Assembly (NCBI RefSeq): GCF_009914755.1
Contig: NC_060935.1
DNA length: 64,000 nucleotides
Origin: the human T2T-CHM13v2.0 reference genome, Homo sapiens
Reading direction: 5' to 3' (one strand)
Positions 32,309 through 58,326 of the stretch are shown here, piece after piece (the first letter of the stretch is position 1; the number at the start of each line of letters is the position of its first letter). Position numbers and translations under genes: made by a program. The notes under the pieces were generated by a model. The model was not told the origin of the DNA and searched no databases. It saw only the letters and a program-made list of their open reading frames with translations.

Positions 32309-32660
32309 TTTCACATGCATCCATGTGAAGAGACCACCAAACAGGCTTTGTGTGAGCAATAAAGCTGTTTATTTCACCTGGGTTCAGGTGGGCTGAGTCC
32401 AAAAAGAGAGTCAGTGAAGGGAGATGGGGTGGGGCCATTTTATAGGATTTGGGTAGGTAAAGGAAAAAGGGGGGTTGTTCTCTGGCAGGCAGGAGTGGGG
32501 GTCACAAGGTGCTCAGTAGGGGAGCTTTTGAGCCAGGATGAGCAAGGAGAAGGAATTTCACAAGATAATGTCATCAGTTAAGGCAGGAACCGGCCATCTG
32601 GATGTGTACATGAAGGTCACAGGGGATATGATGGCTTAGCTTGGGCTCAGAGGCCTGACA
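32309..32660 (-). mobile_element. HERV-H 5' LTR (LTR7)
   Basis: TGTCAGGCCTCTGAGCCCAAG...TGAAA; TATA-like CCTATAAAA; AATAAA. Confidence 0.93.
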
Positions 32661-32869
32661 CTCTTCCTCCACAGGAGGAGACCCAGACAGAAGAGGAGGA
32701 GGCAAGGTGATCACAGAGGCAGAGATTGGATCATGCAGCCACAAGTTGAGGAATTCTAGTAGCCTCTATAAGCTGGAAGATGCAAGGAATGGATTCTCCC
32801 CTAGAACCTCTGAAAGGAGCATGCTCCTGCTAACCTTTGATTGATTTTGGACTTCTGGCCTCCAGACAA

Positions 32870-33178
<309 letters not shown>

Positions 33179-33945
33179 CAGACATTGTTTGAAGCCACCC
33201 ATTTCATGGTTCTTTGCTGCAGTGGTTGTGGAATATGAATGCACTCATGCTGTTGGTTAGACTTTGCTGACCTTGTGTCTGTTATTCCCTGGCAGTTCTA
33301 CAAGGCCTGGAGCTGATACGAAAAACCTCCCTTCTTTCCCAAATGGTCCCCAGCTTCCCCGTTCACTGAAGACCCTGCAGTCAGGAACAGTCAGGACTTT
33401 GCACCCAGTAGTTGTGCGTGTTTGGCCGACCCTTCCTCTTGTGTGATTCGTGGACCCTTAGCATTGCATTACCAGGGAGCTTTTGGAATTGAAGACTCTC
33501 AGGGCTCACCCGGAAGGACCTCCTGGGCCAGAATCTGCATTTTAACAAGATGCCCAGGTGATTTGCATACATGTCCAGATCTGAGAAGCGCTAGTAGGAG
33601 AGGCTTTAAGGTGGTAATTAGATCTTTTCTCCACCTGCAAGAATCTTAGTTTCTTCATGTTAAATCTATTAACTGTGGCAATGTCATGGGTGTTATAAAA
33701 CAAAACAAAATCCTTACATCAAGAATGCACCCTGGTGTGTTATGGATATGGGTGAAATGAAATGTCTGGAATTTGCTTTAAAATGTCCTAAAATAGCAAG
33801 AAGGAAAAGAAAAGTGGGAACTGGAATGAGATTGGAGAAATGTTGACAAGTTCTTCCAGTGGGATGATGGATGCATGGGGGTTCATGGTATAATTCTCTC
33901 CCTGCTTTTTGTGTATATGGGAAATTTCCATAATGAAACGTTAGA

Positions 33946-34232
33946 GGTTGGGCACGGTGGCTCATGCCTGTAATCTCAGCATTTTGGGAGGCTGAGGTGG
34001 GTAGACTGCTTGAACCTAGGAGTTCAAGACCATCCTGGACAACATGGTGAAACCCCATCTCTACTAAAAATGCAAAAATTAGGCATGGTGACAACATGCC
34101 TATAGTCATGTTGAGGCACAAGGTTGAGACATGAGAATCACTTGAACCCAGGAGGCGGAGGTTGCAGTGAGCCAAGATCGCACCATTTCACTCCAGCCTG
34201 GGTGACAGAGTGAGACTTGGTCTCAAAAAAAA
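33946..34232 (+). mobile_element. Alu
   Basis: Forward Alu dimer. Confidence 0.86.
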
Positions 34233-34239
34233 TTTTAAT

Positions 34240-34534
34240 TTTCTATTTTTTTTGAGATGGAGTCTTGCCCTTTTGCCCAGGCTGGAGGGTAGTGGTGTGA
34301 TCTTGGCTCACTGCAAGCTCCACCTCCCGAGGTCACTCCATTCTTCTGCCTCAGCCTCCAGAGTAGCTGGGACTATAGGCACCCAGCACCATGTCCGGCT
34401 AATTGTTTGTATTTTTAGTAGAGATGGGGTTTCACCGTGTTAGCCAGGATGGTCTCAATCTCCTCACCTCGTGATCTGCCCACCTTGGCCTCCCAAAGTG
34501 CTGGGATTACAGGAATGAGCCATCTTGCCCGGCC
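34240..34534 (-). mobile_element. Alu (AluY-like), tail-to-tail with the preceding Alu
   Basis: ctgcaagctcc and gtgttagccaggatggtctc diagnostics. Confidence 0.86.
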
Positions 34535-34538
34535 TTAA

Positions 34539-34847
<309 letters not shown>

Positions 34848-35237
34848 TCAACTGTTTTTCATGACTCCACTTTTTCTCCCCTCTTGAAAATGAGTAGTCT
34901 TTGAGGGAATGTCTTTTTTGTCTCAATCTCTGGTTTCTTTGCTCAGTGCACCTGTGTTTGGGGTTTTGTTGCTCTCCAGGCCTTTTTCAGCAGTGTTGAC
35001 CCTGGAGAGCAGGATGGGAGCTGATGGCTCCTCAGCATCTTTTAACTCAGTTTAAAGATGACTATCAACAACATCTAGTCAGCATCTGTTGCTCTCAGCA
35101 GCTGGGACTTCATTTCTTTTCTCTTTCTCCACCTCTCTAACCTCTTTAAGACTCTGTCTTTGTCATGGGTACAGCATCACCTGTGTGGCCCTTAGGCTCT
35201 CTTACTTACATGTGATCTGCGTATTATGTCTTTACTT

Positions 35238-35459
35238 CAGGGTTTCTCAACCAGGGGGTGATTTTGCCCCCCAGAGAACATGTGGCCATGTCTGGAGACA
35301 ATTTTGGTTGTTGCAGCTGGAGGAGGTGGTGCTACTGGCAGCTAATGGGTAGAGGCCAGTGATGCTGCTAAACATCCTACAATTCCGCGGACAACTCCCA
35401 CTAAGACAAAATAATGATCCAGCCCCAAAGGTCAATAGTGCTGAAAGTGAGAGACCCTG
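35238..35459. mobile_element. MER20-like hAT DNA transposon
   Basis: CAGGGTTTCTCA...TGAGAGACCCTG terminal inverted repeats; about 220 bp. Confidence 0.8.
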
Positions 35460-36990
35460 ATTCCATCTTAGAGATCATCCAAGCACACTTGGCCAAATTG
35501 TTTTTGCTACTGTCCCATGAAGAAAAGGCAGACTCATGACTGATGGCAACATCGATGGGAATTTTGTTTACCTCTTCTTTGTGGACCTTGGGATACGATG
35601 ACTTACCATTTGTGCAAGTTGTGCATTGCATACCTCCAGGGGGCGCCACCCACATATTTATGAAAATGCCACCCCAGAAATTGCACAGTACATAGTCTAC
35701 ATGGCAATAAGCAGTTGCTCTGGTTTTGGGGTTGCCCTGAGGTGCTCTGGAACTGGGAGGAACTTTATTTCTGGCCATTAGAGGCCCTGAGCATGACATT
35801 GAGTACCCTTTCAAGAAAGGAGAAATGTTGAACAGAGAGGACCTCATTTTTATAACTCTTGACCATCATCTAGTTACGGAGCATCCACTTTTCACCCCTG
35901 GGCCATATCCATTTGACGGATGAAAAATCATCAAATTATAATATCATGGCTTATACTTTTGATAGCTTCTGCCTGGAACATGGCGGTAACAACTTCTCAT
36001 TTTCAATTGATTCACTGGGGGGAGAAAATATACACGGCTGCCCTAAGACTTTCTATTACATACCATTTGTTTGACGGAATTTCTTTAGTTTCTGTAGCAT
36101 AACTTATTCTAACTGGTCCTCAATCACTTTGCAATAAAACCTGAGATTGTGAAGATGTTCATTGTCATTACCAGTGATGGAGCAGTAAGTACAGAGTTCT
36201 GGAGAGGGAAGGAACCGAGAGATTTAAACTAGCAGAATGAGCCGCTCACCCTCAGAGTTGCTTTTAATCTTGGCGAGAACTGAGGGGAATTTTGACAGGG
36301 TTCAGGGGGACTGCGGGGAGTGGGGCTGGGAAGTGGCTATTTGCACGTGTGGTCAGCAAATCCAGTGAGGGGGTCCATGTACTGTGGGCAGCCCCGCAGA
36401 TGGAGTTGGGATTGCCCTAGACTGAGTACTGGGTCATCAGTACTCAAGACATCGAGGCCCAGGCTGGTGCAGGAGATACATTGCACTGCTTCAGCCTTTC
36501 TTCTATCGCTCCTCTCCAATGACAGTCCCCGATTTTCCACCGAGGAGTCACTAGTTCCCCACGACATGTGTGCGACTGGCCATTCCCCACCTTGATCTGG
36601 AGCTGGGGCATGTGGTCCCAGCCTGGATGTCAGTATCCTTCCACCACCCTGGCCACAGTGATTGGGTCTGAGAAGCAGATTAGCCAAAGGAGAAACAGTC
36701 TTGGAAATTTCATGTTCATGCTTAAGAAAGTAAAATGGAAAGCGGGGGGAGGGTCAGGGGTCATTCTGATGATATAGTTTTAGGACCTGGATGTAGCCAC
36801 ACCTGTAGCTGTCAACTCTGTGCCATAATACTGCTTTTTTTTTTTTTTCCTTCAAATTTAAATACTTTCTAAAGGCAAGGTCTTGCTATGTTGCTTAGGC
36901 TGGTTTTGAAAAGTCCCTTTTGGGGGGATGCTTTCACTGCTTCACTTCCTTTCTATGACAGCTCAGGGAATCAGAAGACAAGGGAGATGA

Positions 36991-37280
36991 TTTTTTTTTT
37001 TTTTTTTTGAGACAGGGCTTGCTCTGTTGCCCAGGCTGGAGTGCAGTGGTGCAATCACAGCTCGCCACAGCCTTGATCTTCTGGACTCAAGCGACCCTCC
37101 TGCTTCAGCCTCCTGAGTAGCTGGGACTGTAGGTGGGTACCAACATGCCCAGCTAATTAAATTTTTTTTTTTTTTAGAAGTGAGATCTCACTATGTCACC
37201 CAGGCTGGCCTCAAACTCCTGGGCTCAAGTGATCGCCCTGCCTTAGCTTCCCAAACATACAGGTGTGAGCCCCCACACCA
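36991..37280 (-). mobile_element. Alu (AluJ-like), with further Alu fragments at about 36835-36905 and 37320-37395
   Basis: Reverse Alu dimer and partial arms. Confidence 0.8.
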
Positions 37281-37402
37281 GTCAACGCTGTGGTTTTATG
37301 CACCTGGTGTCCCCCTATGCCCTGAGCAATGATCCTCCTGCTTCAACCTCCCAAAGTGCTGGGATAACAGATGTGAAGCAGCATGTGTGGCCCACATAGT
37401 AT

Positions 37403-38508
<1,106 letters not shown>

Positions 38509-38789
38509 GAATATAAGTACTTTTAAATTAACTTTCCTCTTCTCTCCATCTTCTTCTAAATCATCATTTTTGCCTAAGCAACAGCTAGGGTCTAATACAG
38601 ATGTGATGACTCACTTCAAAGTGGGGGAAGCCCCCATGTGCACCCAAAGCTCCTGCTGCCTTGGCCATGGCTTCAGATACTGGACCATCATTGTGGAGGC
38701 TTGCTGGAGATCTGAGCCAGGACACCATTCTCTGTTGCCTTTAAACAAAGGCTGGTGCTCGCCCAGGCATGTAAGCTCCACCGAGGATC

Positions 38790-40095
<1,306 letters not shown>

Positions 40096-40392
40096 TAGGT
40101 GGGAAGAGGAAAAGTGTCTTGAAGGAAGTAAGTCCCTTCAGATAAGGGAGGGAGAAGCTTGATCAATATGCAGACTTTCACAGTCCTTCAGTCCTGGGGA
40201 TATTGGTGGAGAGACAGGTCTTGCCTTACATTTGAGAGTTACCATCCCAGGCAGAGGCCCTACTTCCACCTTCTTGCAGGTGGGGCTGGCGAGCAAATAC
40301 TTAGAGGAGAAACGAACACCCTTTGTAAGAATGTGAAAAGTTTCTGGAGTGGAGAGATGATGAAGCAGGATATTTGGAGTCAACAGCCAAGG

Positions 40393-47482
<7,090 letters not shown>

Positions 47483-48169
47483 ACTATTATGATTCTTACA
47501 CAGAGTCCTTTGCTTTCCAGCAGCCTCCTCTTCCTCCTTTTTAGGTTGGAATCCCTCTATTTTAGTGGCCACTGGGATTCTGATATGACCAGGTCTTTGT
47601 CTCAGAGACCTCACACATGCTCTTCCCTCTGCCTGGAACACTTTTCCTTGCTCTGGTCCCCTGAGATCTCTTTCAGCTCAACTGCCCCATGCTCAGAGAC
47701 CCCCTTTCTCCCTCTCTAGTTTGAAGCCAGTTTACCCCTGTAGTCTGTGCCTGGAAAACTCCTTTTCCTCCTTGATGCCTCCTGAATTGTCACAGGATGT
47801 ATGTGCCTGTTTGGGTGTCTGGTGTCTGTCTCCCCAACTGGACTGCATGCTCCTGGTGAGCTGGAGGGACTGGACTAGCACAGGCCAAGGCCCTGGGGCT
47901 GGATGGAGCAGGGCAGAAGGCACAGGCAAAAGGCCTTTGTGATCCAGAAGGAAGTGAAGGAGAGGGAGAGAGATGAGAGAGGCTGGCAGAAGATGGGCCA
48001 GGGGCCAGGGGCCAGGCTGTGTGGAATCTTTTGGGCCACAGAAAGACATTTGAATTCTTATGTAAGAGAACCAGGACACCATTGGAAGGTATGAGTCACC
48101 TCATCTAACTGAGCTCTGTAAATGTCAATGTTTTATTATTTTTATACAATTATTTAAAAGTGATTTTAG

Positions 48170-48502
<333 letters not shown>

Positions 48503-48513
48503 TAAAAAAGATC

Positions 48514-48795
48514 AGGCCAGTCACGGTAGCTCATGTCTCCAATCTCAGCACTTTGAGAGGGTGAGGTGGGATGATCACTTGAGGCCAGGAGTTCAAAACC
48601 AGCCCAGGCAACATAGTGAGACACCCCCTGCCCCAATTTCTAAGAAAATGAGAAAATTAGGCATGGTAGCTTGTCTGTATCCCCAGCTACTGGCGAGCCT
48701 GAGCTAGGCAGGACTGCTTGACACCAGGAGTTTGAGGCTCCACTGAGCTGTGATTATGCCACTGAGCTACAGCCTGGGCAACAGAGTGAGACCCC
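48514..48795 (+). mobile_element. Alu (AluJ-like) without tail, head-to-head with the preceding Alu
   Basis: Forward Alu ending gagtgagacccc with no poly(A). Confidence 0.83.
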
Positions 48796-48907
48796 GGAGC
48801 CACCTCAGCCTCCCTAGAGCTGAAAGAGTTTTTGCTTCTTATCACAGGGAATGACAGACGCTGGGGCTTTGATGGGTATCGGGTGAAACAGGCAGAGTGA
48901 CGCTTAC

Positions 48908-49153
48908 CTGGCATGGCAGTGAAGTGGAACGGGGAGGTCATTGTGACAAGGGGCGGCATGAGGTACTTGGCCTTGACGCCCTCCCCGGCCAGATGGTCCA
49001 TGTTGGGGGTGTCCACATCCTGATCCTAGTCCCAGCGGAAGCCCTGGAAGGAGATCAGCAGCAGTTGTGAGTGCTCTTCTTCCCTGGGAGGGGGTGGCCG
49101 CCCAGCAGGACAGGCGATGGCAGCAGCAGCTGGAGGGCACCGAACCATGTCAT
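48908..49153 (-). pseudogene. ENPP7P: ENPP7-like (alkaline sphingomyelinase, NPP family) unprocessed pseudogene, first coding exon
   Basis: Translates ...QLLLISFQGFRWD*DQDVDTPNMDHLAGEGVKAKYLMPPLVTMTSPFHFTAMPG, against ENPP7 as recalled, KLLLVSFDGFRWNYDQDVDTPNLD...FVTMTSPCHFTLVTG. It has an in-frame stop, a frameshift after a signal-peptide-like start, and a splice donor AG|GTAAGC at 48907. Confidence 0.9.
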
Positions 49154-49441
49154 CCCACGAGCACCTGTCATGCACTCCTCACAGAGTTCATGGGCTTCGC
49201 CCTCTTTAGTCCGTTGTTGAACAAAGTCCACATTAATAATGCAGCCCAGCTCTGTTGTGGGATAAACAACCTGGAGTGTAGCAAGGTGCTACATATTTGC
49301 AGGACAGTATGAAAGTGTTCTGGAGATGGATGGAGGACATGGCCGTACAACATGGTGGATGCACTTAACACCACTGAATTTTTCCTTTGAAAATGGCTAA
49401 AATAATAGATTTTGTATGTATTTTACCACAATAAAAAATCA

Positions 49442-49861
<420 letters not shown>

Positions 49862-49912
49862 TTATAGGGAGAGCAAATTATTGTTCACCAGCACTATTAA
49901 AATAGCTACAAC

Positions 49913-50279
<367 letters not shown>

Positions 50280-50386
50280 CTAATTTTTTCTCTTGTTTAA
50301 AATTATTCTTTCCTCTAATCCCCATGTTGATCGACATTTTTTTTAATCCTAGGAATTAGTTGAAAATTTTGCATAAGAATTAAAAA

Positions 50387-50680
50387 TTGCCTGGCCTGAT
50401 GGCTTACACCTGTTATCCCAGCACTTTGGGAGGCTGAGATGAGAGAATCACTTGAAGCCAGGAATTTGGGCCAGTCTGGGCAATATAGCGAGAATGCAAC
50501 TCTAAAAAAATTTAAAAAGCTGGGTGTGGTAGGGTTCACCTGTAGTCCCAGCTACTTGGAAGACTAGGTGGGAGGATTGCTTGAGCCCAGGCGGTAAAGG
50601 CAGCAGTGAGCTATGATTTTGCCATTGCACTGCAGCCTGGGTGATGGAGTGAAACTCTATCTCTAAAATAAATGAATAAA
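50387..50680 (+). mobile_element. Alu (AluJ-like)
   Basis: Forward dimer. Confidence 0.82.
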
Positions 50681-51030
50681 ATTGTGGTATAATATATGCA
50701 ACATTTACCATTTTGTGTATCTGAAAGTGTACAATTCAGTGATATTTTGTACATTTATCATGTTGTGCAATTATCACCACTACCTAGTTTCAGGGCTTTT
50801 TCAACACCTCAATTGGAAGCCTCATATCCATTCAGCAGTCACTCTGCATACCCCCTCCTGCAGCCCTTGGAAACCTCTCATCTACTTTCTATCTCTGTCA
50901 ATTGGCTTAGTCTGAACATTGCATATAAATGGAATTCTACAATATATGACCTTTCATGTCTGCTTCTTTCACTCAGCATGTTTTTAACATTCATCCATAT
51001 CACAACATGGATAAGTTTTATTTTCTTTTT
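50681..51030 (-). mobile_element. Old L1M 3' end fragment
   Basis: aagtgtacaattcagtg...ctactttctatctctg...cattcatccat motifs. Confidence 0.7.
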
Positions 51031-52827
51031 AGACCCTATCTAAAAAGAAAAAAAAAATTGTAAAACAAAAACAAAAAAATATATAGGATGGAGATCAGAT
51101 GAGTCCTGCAAAGTTTATAATATTTACTGTCTAGCACTTTACATAGAAGCTTGCCTACCTCTGAATGATATGCAGGTACAGAGATGACATATATCTTGGC
51201 ACTTATAGAAAGACCTATAAATTGTATAAAGACATCATCATTGGATTTCCAGTAACAAGAAGCGGCAAGACATGACGGTGTGTCCAGGTGTTCAGGTGAA
51301 GTTTAGGGAAGGTCTTGTCTTGACGAGGTCGGATGTGAGACCCAGATGAGATAATCTCATTTCCCCTGCTGAAATTGCCGGAGAATTTCATTCCAGTTAT
51401 TTGCGTAGGTTGATTCTTTCGGTGGGGGTGGGGTGGGTGAGGAGGCGAAGTGTCAGGTGAGTTCTATTTTGTATTTGCACAACTTGGCTTTCTTTTCACT
51501 TAGCGTGTTTTGCTGTCTGAGGAATTTCGTAGAATTTTGTGATGAGTATGCAGCATAGTGGTTTGAATCCTGCAAGGCCGTGGGCCATATCTCAGCTCTG
51601 CAACTCGTTATCTATGATGCCTTGGGGCAGGTCCCATAACTCTCCAAGCCTCTGTTATGTATTCCATAGGGTTGTGAGGTTCAGATGAAATAATGCATTC
51701 TGGCAGGAATGGTTACTGCTCATGGGATTTCCATCTGCTCCCCGTATTCCCCAGACCCCCTGTAGTTAGATGGATCCATGCCAGGGTCCAATGCTCTATA
51801 AGTGGAAGTCACTGACATCACCTCTAGTCTACAGCTTTTGAGGGCTTGGGAATAACTATCTCATTCTCTCATCTCCTGGTGCAGTAACTATGGGAGAATC
51901 CTTGCATTAAGATGGTAGAATTTCCATCATTCTAGGTCTTTGAGTGGCCATATGGAGCACACCATACCCAGCCAACCCATTGTGGACATGGAATGTAAGA
52001 AATCAACCTTGGTTGCTAAGCTGCTGAGACTCTGGGGTTAATTTGTTACTGCAGCATAACCTAGTCCATCCTGATGCATGCAGCATGCAAACCACTTATG
52101 TTGACCCTTAGTCATGGTAAGTGCTCCACAGATGTTGGTTACTTTTGGTAGGGAGATAGATTGCCTCTGAAAGTTGTGTTAGCTGATCTCATGATGCCAA
52201 TGTTGCTATTTAGTAATTGGATAAATTGGACTTGGCTCTCCTTCCAGCATGTGGGAGAGAAAGATGACTGAGAGACAATAAGGCACTATTATCTTCAGTT
52301 TCTGTCCTTGGATACCCTTGGTGGCAATGAACAATGCATGCCCCTCTGAGAAAACTGGACCTAAAGGAGAATGGGAGGTGATACCAGAATTGGGAAAGTC
52401 CAAGGCCCCAGGCATTTCCTGGTCTGGAGACAACTTTGAGTCCTTGGTGGGAAGATTCTCCAAGGGAACATAAATGCTTCTACTATCTAGTTTGTCTCTT
52501 TGAGAATTAAAACTTTTTTTTTTCATTCCAGTAGTTTTTGGGGTACAGTTTGGCTCTTTGAGAATTGCATAATTATTAATTTTAGGGGTCATCTGTACAC
52601 ATCTGTATATTCCTGAAACATGGTAGAAACAGCCAGCAGTCAGGCGACAATCTACCATGACCACTAAAATATCCCCAAAGTGAAACACTAGATGTGATCC
52701 ACTAGGTTTAGTGGAGGTGGCTGGCTTGACAGTTGATTATATTTATTATTGTCACTGTGGTGATTATGGCCACCACATGATGCGTGTTGGTCTTTTGGTG
52801 AGTTGCAATTTGGAAGGAATAAATCCA

Positions 52828-53138
<311 letters not shown>

Positions 53139-53855
53139 TAATACTCCACCATGACATGCAGGCTTGTGGGTCCCAGAGCTCCAGAAGCATCTCCTGACCA
53201 CAACATCCTGACCCAGATTCTACTGAAAAATATGTGAGTCTAGCAGAGCCATCTCTGACACTTCCCTTCTTTTGAGCGGCTGATCTGTCAGCCATGGGGA
53301 GCCCTTATGAAAGTGCAGTGTGTTTCGTGAAACTTGAGGTTGATCAAAGAATACCATTAAACTTTGTTAAGAAATCTACATATTGATGACATAGGCAGTG
53401 GGGTGGAGGTGGGGAAATTCCCAAATACATTTTAGGAATTATCTCAGAAGGAGGTAATAGTCAGAACTCTTTGTTGCCAGTGACAGAAACTCATCTTACT
53501 AGTGTGGAGTGGAAAAGGGATTATGTTTTTCTCTGCACTCCCCAACCCCAACCCCAAGCAGATCCTGAAAGAGGGACAGGATTGCAAGTGGATTATTTAG
53601 GAGATGATTCCAGGGAACACCAATAGGGGAGTGAGGAATTGATTCATGGAAAGGCAGGAGGCCACACAGGGGGCTTCAATGAGCAGCTTACCACTCCAGG
53701 CAACTAGGATTTGACCCCACTGGGGACCTCTGGGAGGTGATGTGGAATATATTTCAAAGTTGTTCCATCCAGGGGGAAAAGATATTGAAGCATTTATAGC
53801 CTGGCTCCCATCCGTCACTGGCTGAGGACTGGTCCCAGGGCATCAACTCTCTGGC

Positions 53856-54163
53856 TTTTCTTTTTTCTTTCTTTTTTTTTTTTTTTTGAGACACAGTCTT
53901 GCTCTGTCACCCAGGCTGGACTGCAATGGCATGATCTCGGCTCACTGCAACATCTGCCTCCCACGTTCAAATGATTCTCTTGCCTCGGCTTCCTGAGTAG
54001 CTGGGATTACAGGCACCTGCCACCATGCCCCGCTAAATTTTTATTTTTTGTAGAGAAGGGGTTTTGCCATGTTGGTCAGGCTGCTCTCGAACTCCTGACC
54101 TCGTGATCCACCTGCCTCAGCCTCCCAGTGTTGGGATTACAGGAGTGAGCCACTGCGCCCGGC
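53856..54163 (-). mobile_element. Alu
   Basis: Reverse Alu dimer. Confidence 0.87.
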
Positions 54164-54744
54164 TTCTGTGGCTTTTCTGACATACTCCATGCCTGACTTT
54201 GAGAAAGCCCTCATGTGAAAGTCTTGGTAGTATGCAGTAGCAAGCATGTACTAGAATGATAAAAACCAAGGGGCTTACCACAAGATCTCTCTCTCTGTCT
54301 CTGTCTCTAGCTTTGTCTGCATCCTGGCTTAATTTCCTCTTACTCAAGCCTTTTCTCCATAAGGCGAGAAACGTGGCCACAAAAGCTTCTGTATTTCTCA
54401 CTACACACAATTCCTGTCATCACAGAGAATGATTAACTAGGTCTAGTTCCAGTTTGGAAAAATATTCAAGGGAAGAATTCTGATTGGCCAATTTAGGCCA
54501 GATGCTCATCCCTGGACCAATCAACTGAGGCCAGAGGGGTGGAGTCATTTGAGAACATGGCAGCCCCCATGGGAGCCACATGACTGGAGTAGGAAGTGTG
54601 AGTCTCTACAGAGGGGAGGGCTGCTAGGCTGAAAAGGCAATAGATGTCTGCAGTGAAAGGAATAGATCAGGAGATACATTCTGTTAAACCTGTTAATTAT
54701 TTGAAAAAAAGAGAAACTTTCAATATACAATCACAGTATACGTG

Positions 54745-54996
<252 letters not shown>

Positions 54997-55278
54997 TTAC
55001 ATTGTGGTTCCCCCAGCATGATTTATCAGAAAGGAAAAACTTACAATATGCGTATTTCCTATGCACAGGCTACTGCTATGAATTCAAATTCTTAAATTCC
55101 AAAGATTAATTAGAATGTTTCTCAAGACACATAAACTGTTAGAATCTGCTTATAATGAGGCTGAAGTTGAGTAAGAAGAGAACTGGCATTTAGGACACTA
55201 CTTTTCTTCTGTCGAGTACTGTCAAGTTTTGGTTCTGCCTGGAAGTAGATGCACCTCAAGGGAGGGTTGCATGTAAAG

Positions 55279-55313
55279 GTGTGTGCGTGCGTGCGTGTGT
55301 GTGTGTGTGTGTG
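55279..55313. repeat. (GT)n/(GCGT)n microsatellite
   Basis: gtgtgtgcgtgcgtgcgtgtgtgtgt... Confidence 0.9.
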
Positions 55314-55480
55314 GTAGTTTCCAAAAATGGGTACAACTTTCTGCAAATGCTCGTGCAGTATAATTGAACCAATCTTTCCTTTAAGAGGTAGAGTTTATAC
55401 TCCTCTACATGAATCTGGGCTGCCTATGACTTGCTTTGTCCAGTGAAATGCTGCCAAAGTGATGGTGACCAACTTCTAGC

Positions 55481-56245
<765 letters not shown>

Positions 56246-57222
56246 TAGTCTTAGGCCTTGAGAGCCCTCTCGTAGTTTCCATATTTTTGCCCTCATGCAT
56301 GCTGGCACCAAGAAAACCTTGGCTATCCTGCTTAAAGGGCCATTTGGAGAGGGGCTCTGGAGGGCGAGGGGCCACATGGAGGAAAACAAGGTTCCCCGGC
56401 TGACAACCAGCACCAACTGCCAGGCACATGCATGAGGTCGTCCTGGATGTTCTGCCCAGCTGGCCCTCCAGCTGCAGGTAGCCACACAAATGAGCCCAGG
56501 TTAAACCAGCCAGGAAGTCCCCACGCAACTCACAGGGTCATGAGCAATAATGGCTTGTGGTGGTTTAAAGTTTCTAATTTTAGGTGCAATAGGTAACTGA
56601 AACAGCCCACAAGGGTGTGAGCCTGTGGAGGGTGCATTTCCCACCTGCTGAAGCTTCTCAATTCCCAGGATCCAATCCAGATAAGACTCTTGTTCTCAGT
56701 GTCCTTGATGGAAACGGCAATGAACTTTTTGCAGATTGGACCATCTCGGAAATCCCAAAGATCGGAAACTATTTTTTTTCTCAGAATCGTCCACACAGCA
56801 TTGAGCCTTAGGAATTTCTAAGAAGGATCTGGGATGAAAAACAATCTTTTGAAAAGGTATTTGTGTAGCTTCACTTCAGCAAGATTCATGGTGGGTGTTA
56901 GACAAAGTGCTGGTGTTAAGCCAAACCATGTTTTTCAAAGACTCATCTGGCCTCAAGGTTGGCAGGATCAGAGTGGCCTCCCAGGATCTATCACATCCTC
57001 AGAAGAGTTGGTTCAACTGGCATGTACCCAGATCTCTTTGAGCTAGTATGACACTCCCTTGAGTCAAAGGCTGCCACATCACATCTCCTTTAAGTCCCCC
57101 TAAGTACGACCCCAGAAGTATTGACAAAATAGTGCTATTCCTGAAGATTTCAGGAGGACATAAATGAAGAGACTGAACTGCAAGGTACAAAAACTTCCAT
57201 CTTTGCTAAAGACCCTCATCCA

Positions 57223-57519
<297 letters not shown>

Positions 57520-57776
57520 GTCCTTATCCGATAGTCATGCCACTCTATCTGGCCATGTAATTTCTCCTCCTGGCTTTCTGTAGCAACAGCCTTCTGAGGA
57601 AACTCACTCTGCCGTTCAAAACCCCTTCAACTTGTACCCTTCATCAGCAAAGTACTTAGCTCAACAGGTATGCCTCTGGGGGAACTCATCCACATGCCAT
57701 TTAAGGATATTTCCAGCAACATCATCTTCACTACCCCAGGATGGCATTTTAGAGTGGATGACGTGCCTGCTGGATT

Positions 57777-58326
57777 TGTTGTACTCGAGCGAGTTAGAGA
57801 AAACGCTACACTTTGAGACGAATTAAGAGTCTGTTTATTTAGCCAGCGGCTAAGAAATGGCTAACGTTTAAAGTTCTCTCGACCTCGAAGTAGGGGCTAG
57901 ATTTTCTTTTATACTTTGGTTTAGAAAGGGGAGGGGGTCTAGTTAAAACAATTTTACAGAAGTAGGCAAAAAAGTTAAAAGGATAAATTGTTAAGGAAAG
58001 TAAACAGTTCTAGGTCTAGGGGCTTTAAGACTATTACAAGGTGATAGACGCGGGGCTTTGGGCGTTATCAATTGGACGAATTCCTGGGAACTGCGGATAT
58101 TGCTCGCCACAGTTTCTTATCAGTTAATTGCATTCTTCGATGTGCTGGGAGTCAGCTTGCACAAGTTAAGTCCTTGAGGAAGGGGCTGCCAGTGAAAGAG
58201 CCAAGATGGAGTATGTCTGGCTCTCGTAGCTAAGGGAGAGTCAATTCAGGTGGAAACAAGGCTAGGTGATTAAAAGAAAGGGAGAGTCTAAAAACAGGGT
58301 TAGTAAAAACAAGGTTGGGCATTACA
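57777..58326 (-). mobile_element. LTR6A-like 3' LTR of HERV-S71/HERV-T
   Basis: Minus strand TGTAATGCCCAACCTTG...CTCGCTCGAGTACAACA; TATA (AGTATAAAAG) and AATAAA. Confidence 0.85.

Larger units (their letters stand above)
17579..32660 (-). mobile_element. HERV-H provirus (deleted type) hosting MER11 and HERV-E insertions
   Basis: Two LTR7; tRNA-His PBS; 5-bp TSD CTCCT (17574-17578) / CTCTT (32661-32665); gag zinc knuckle CYKCQKSGHQAKEC; pro/RT remnants (LDLKHAFF). Confidence 0.95.

Noticed and set aside
35401-35847. 148-aa minus-strand ORF as a gene or an ENPP7 exon
   Set aside because: No NPP motifs or other recognisable domain, and it ends inside a MER20 element.
52206-52688. 160-aa minus-strand ORF
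   Set aside because: No recognisable domain; a length like this is expected by chance.
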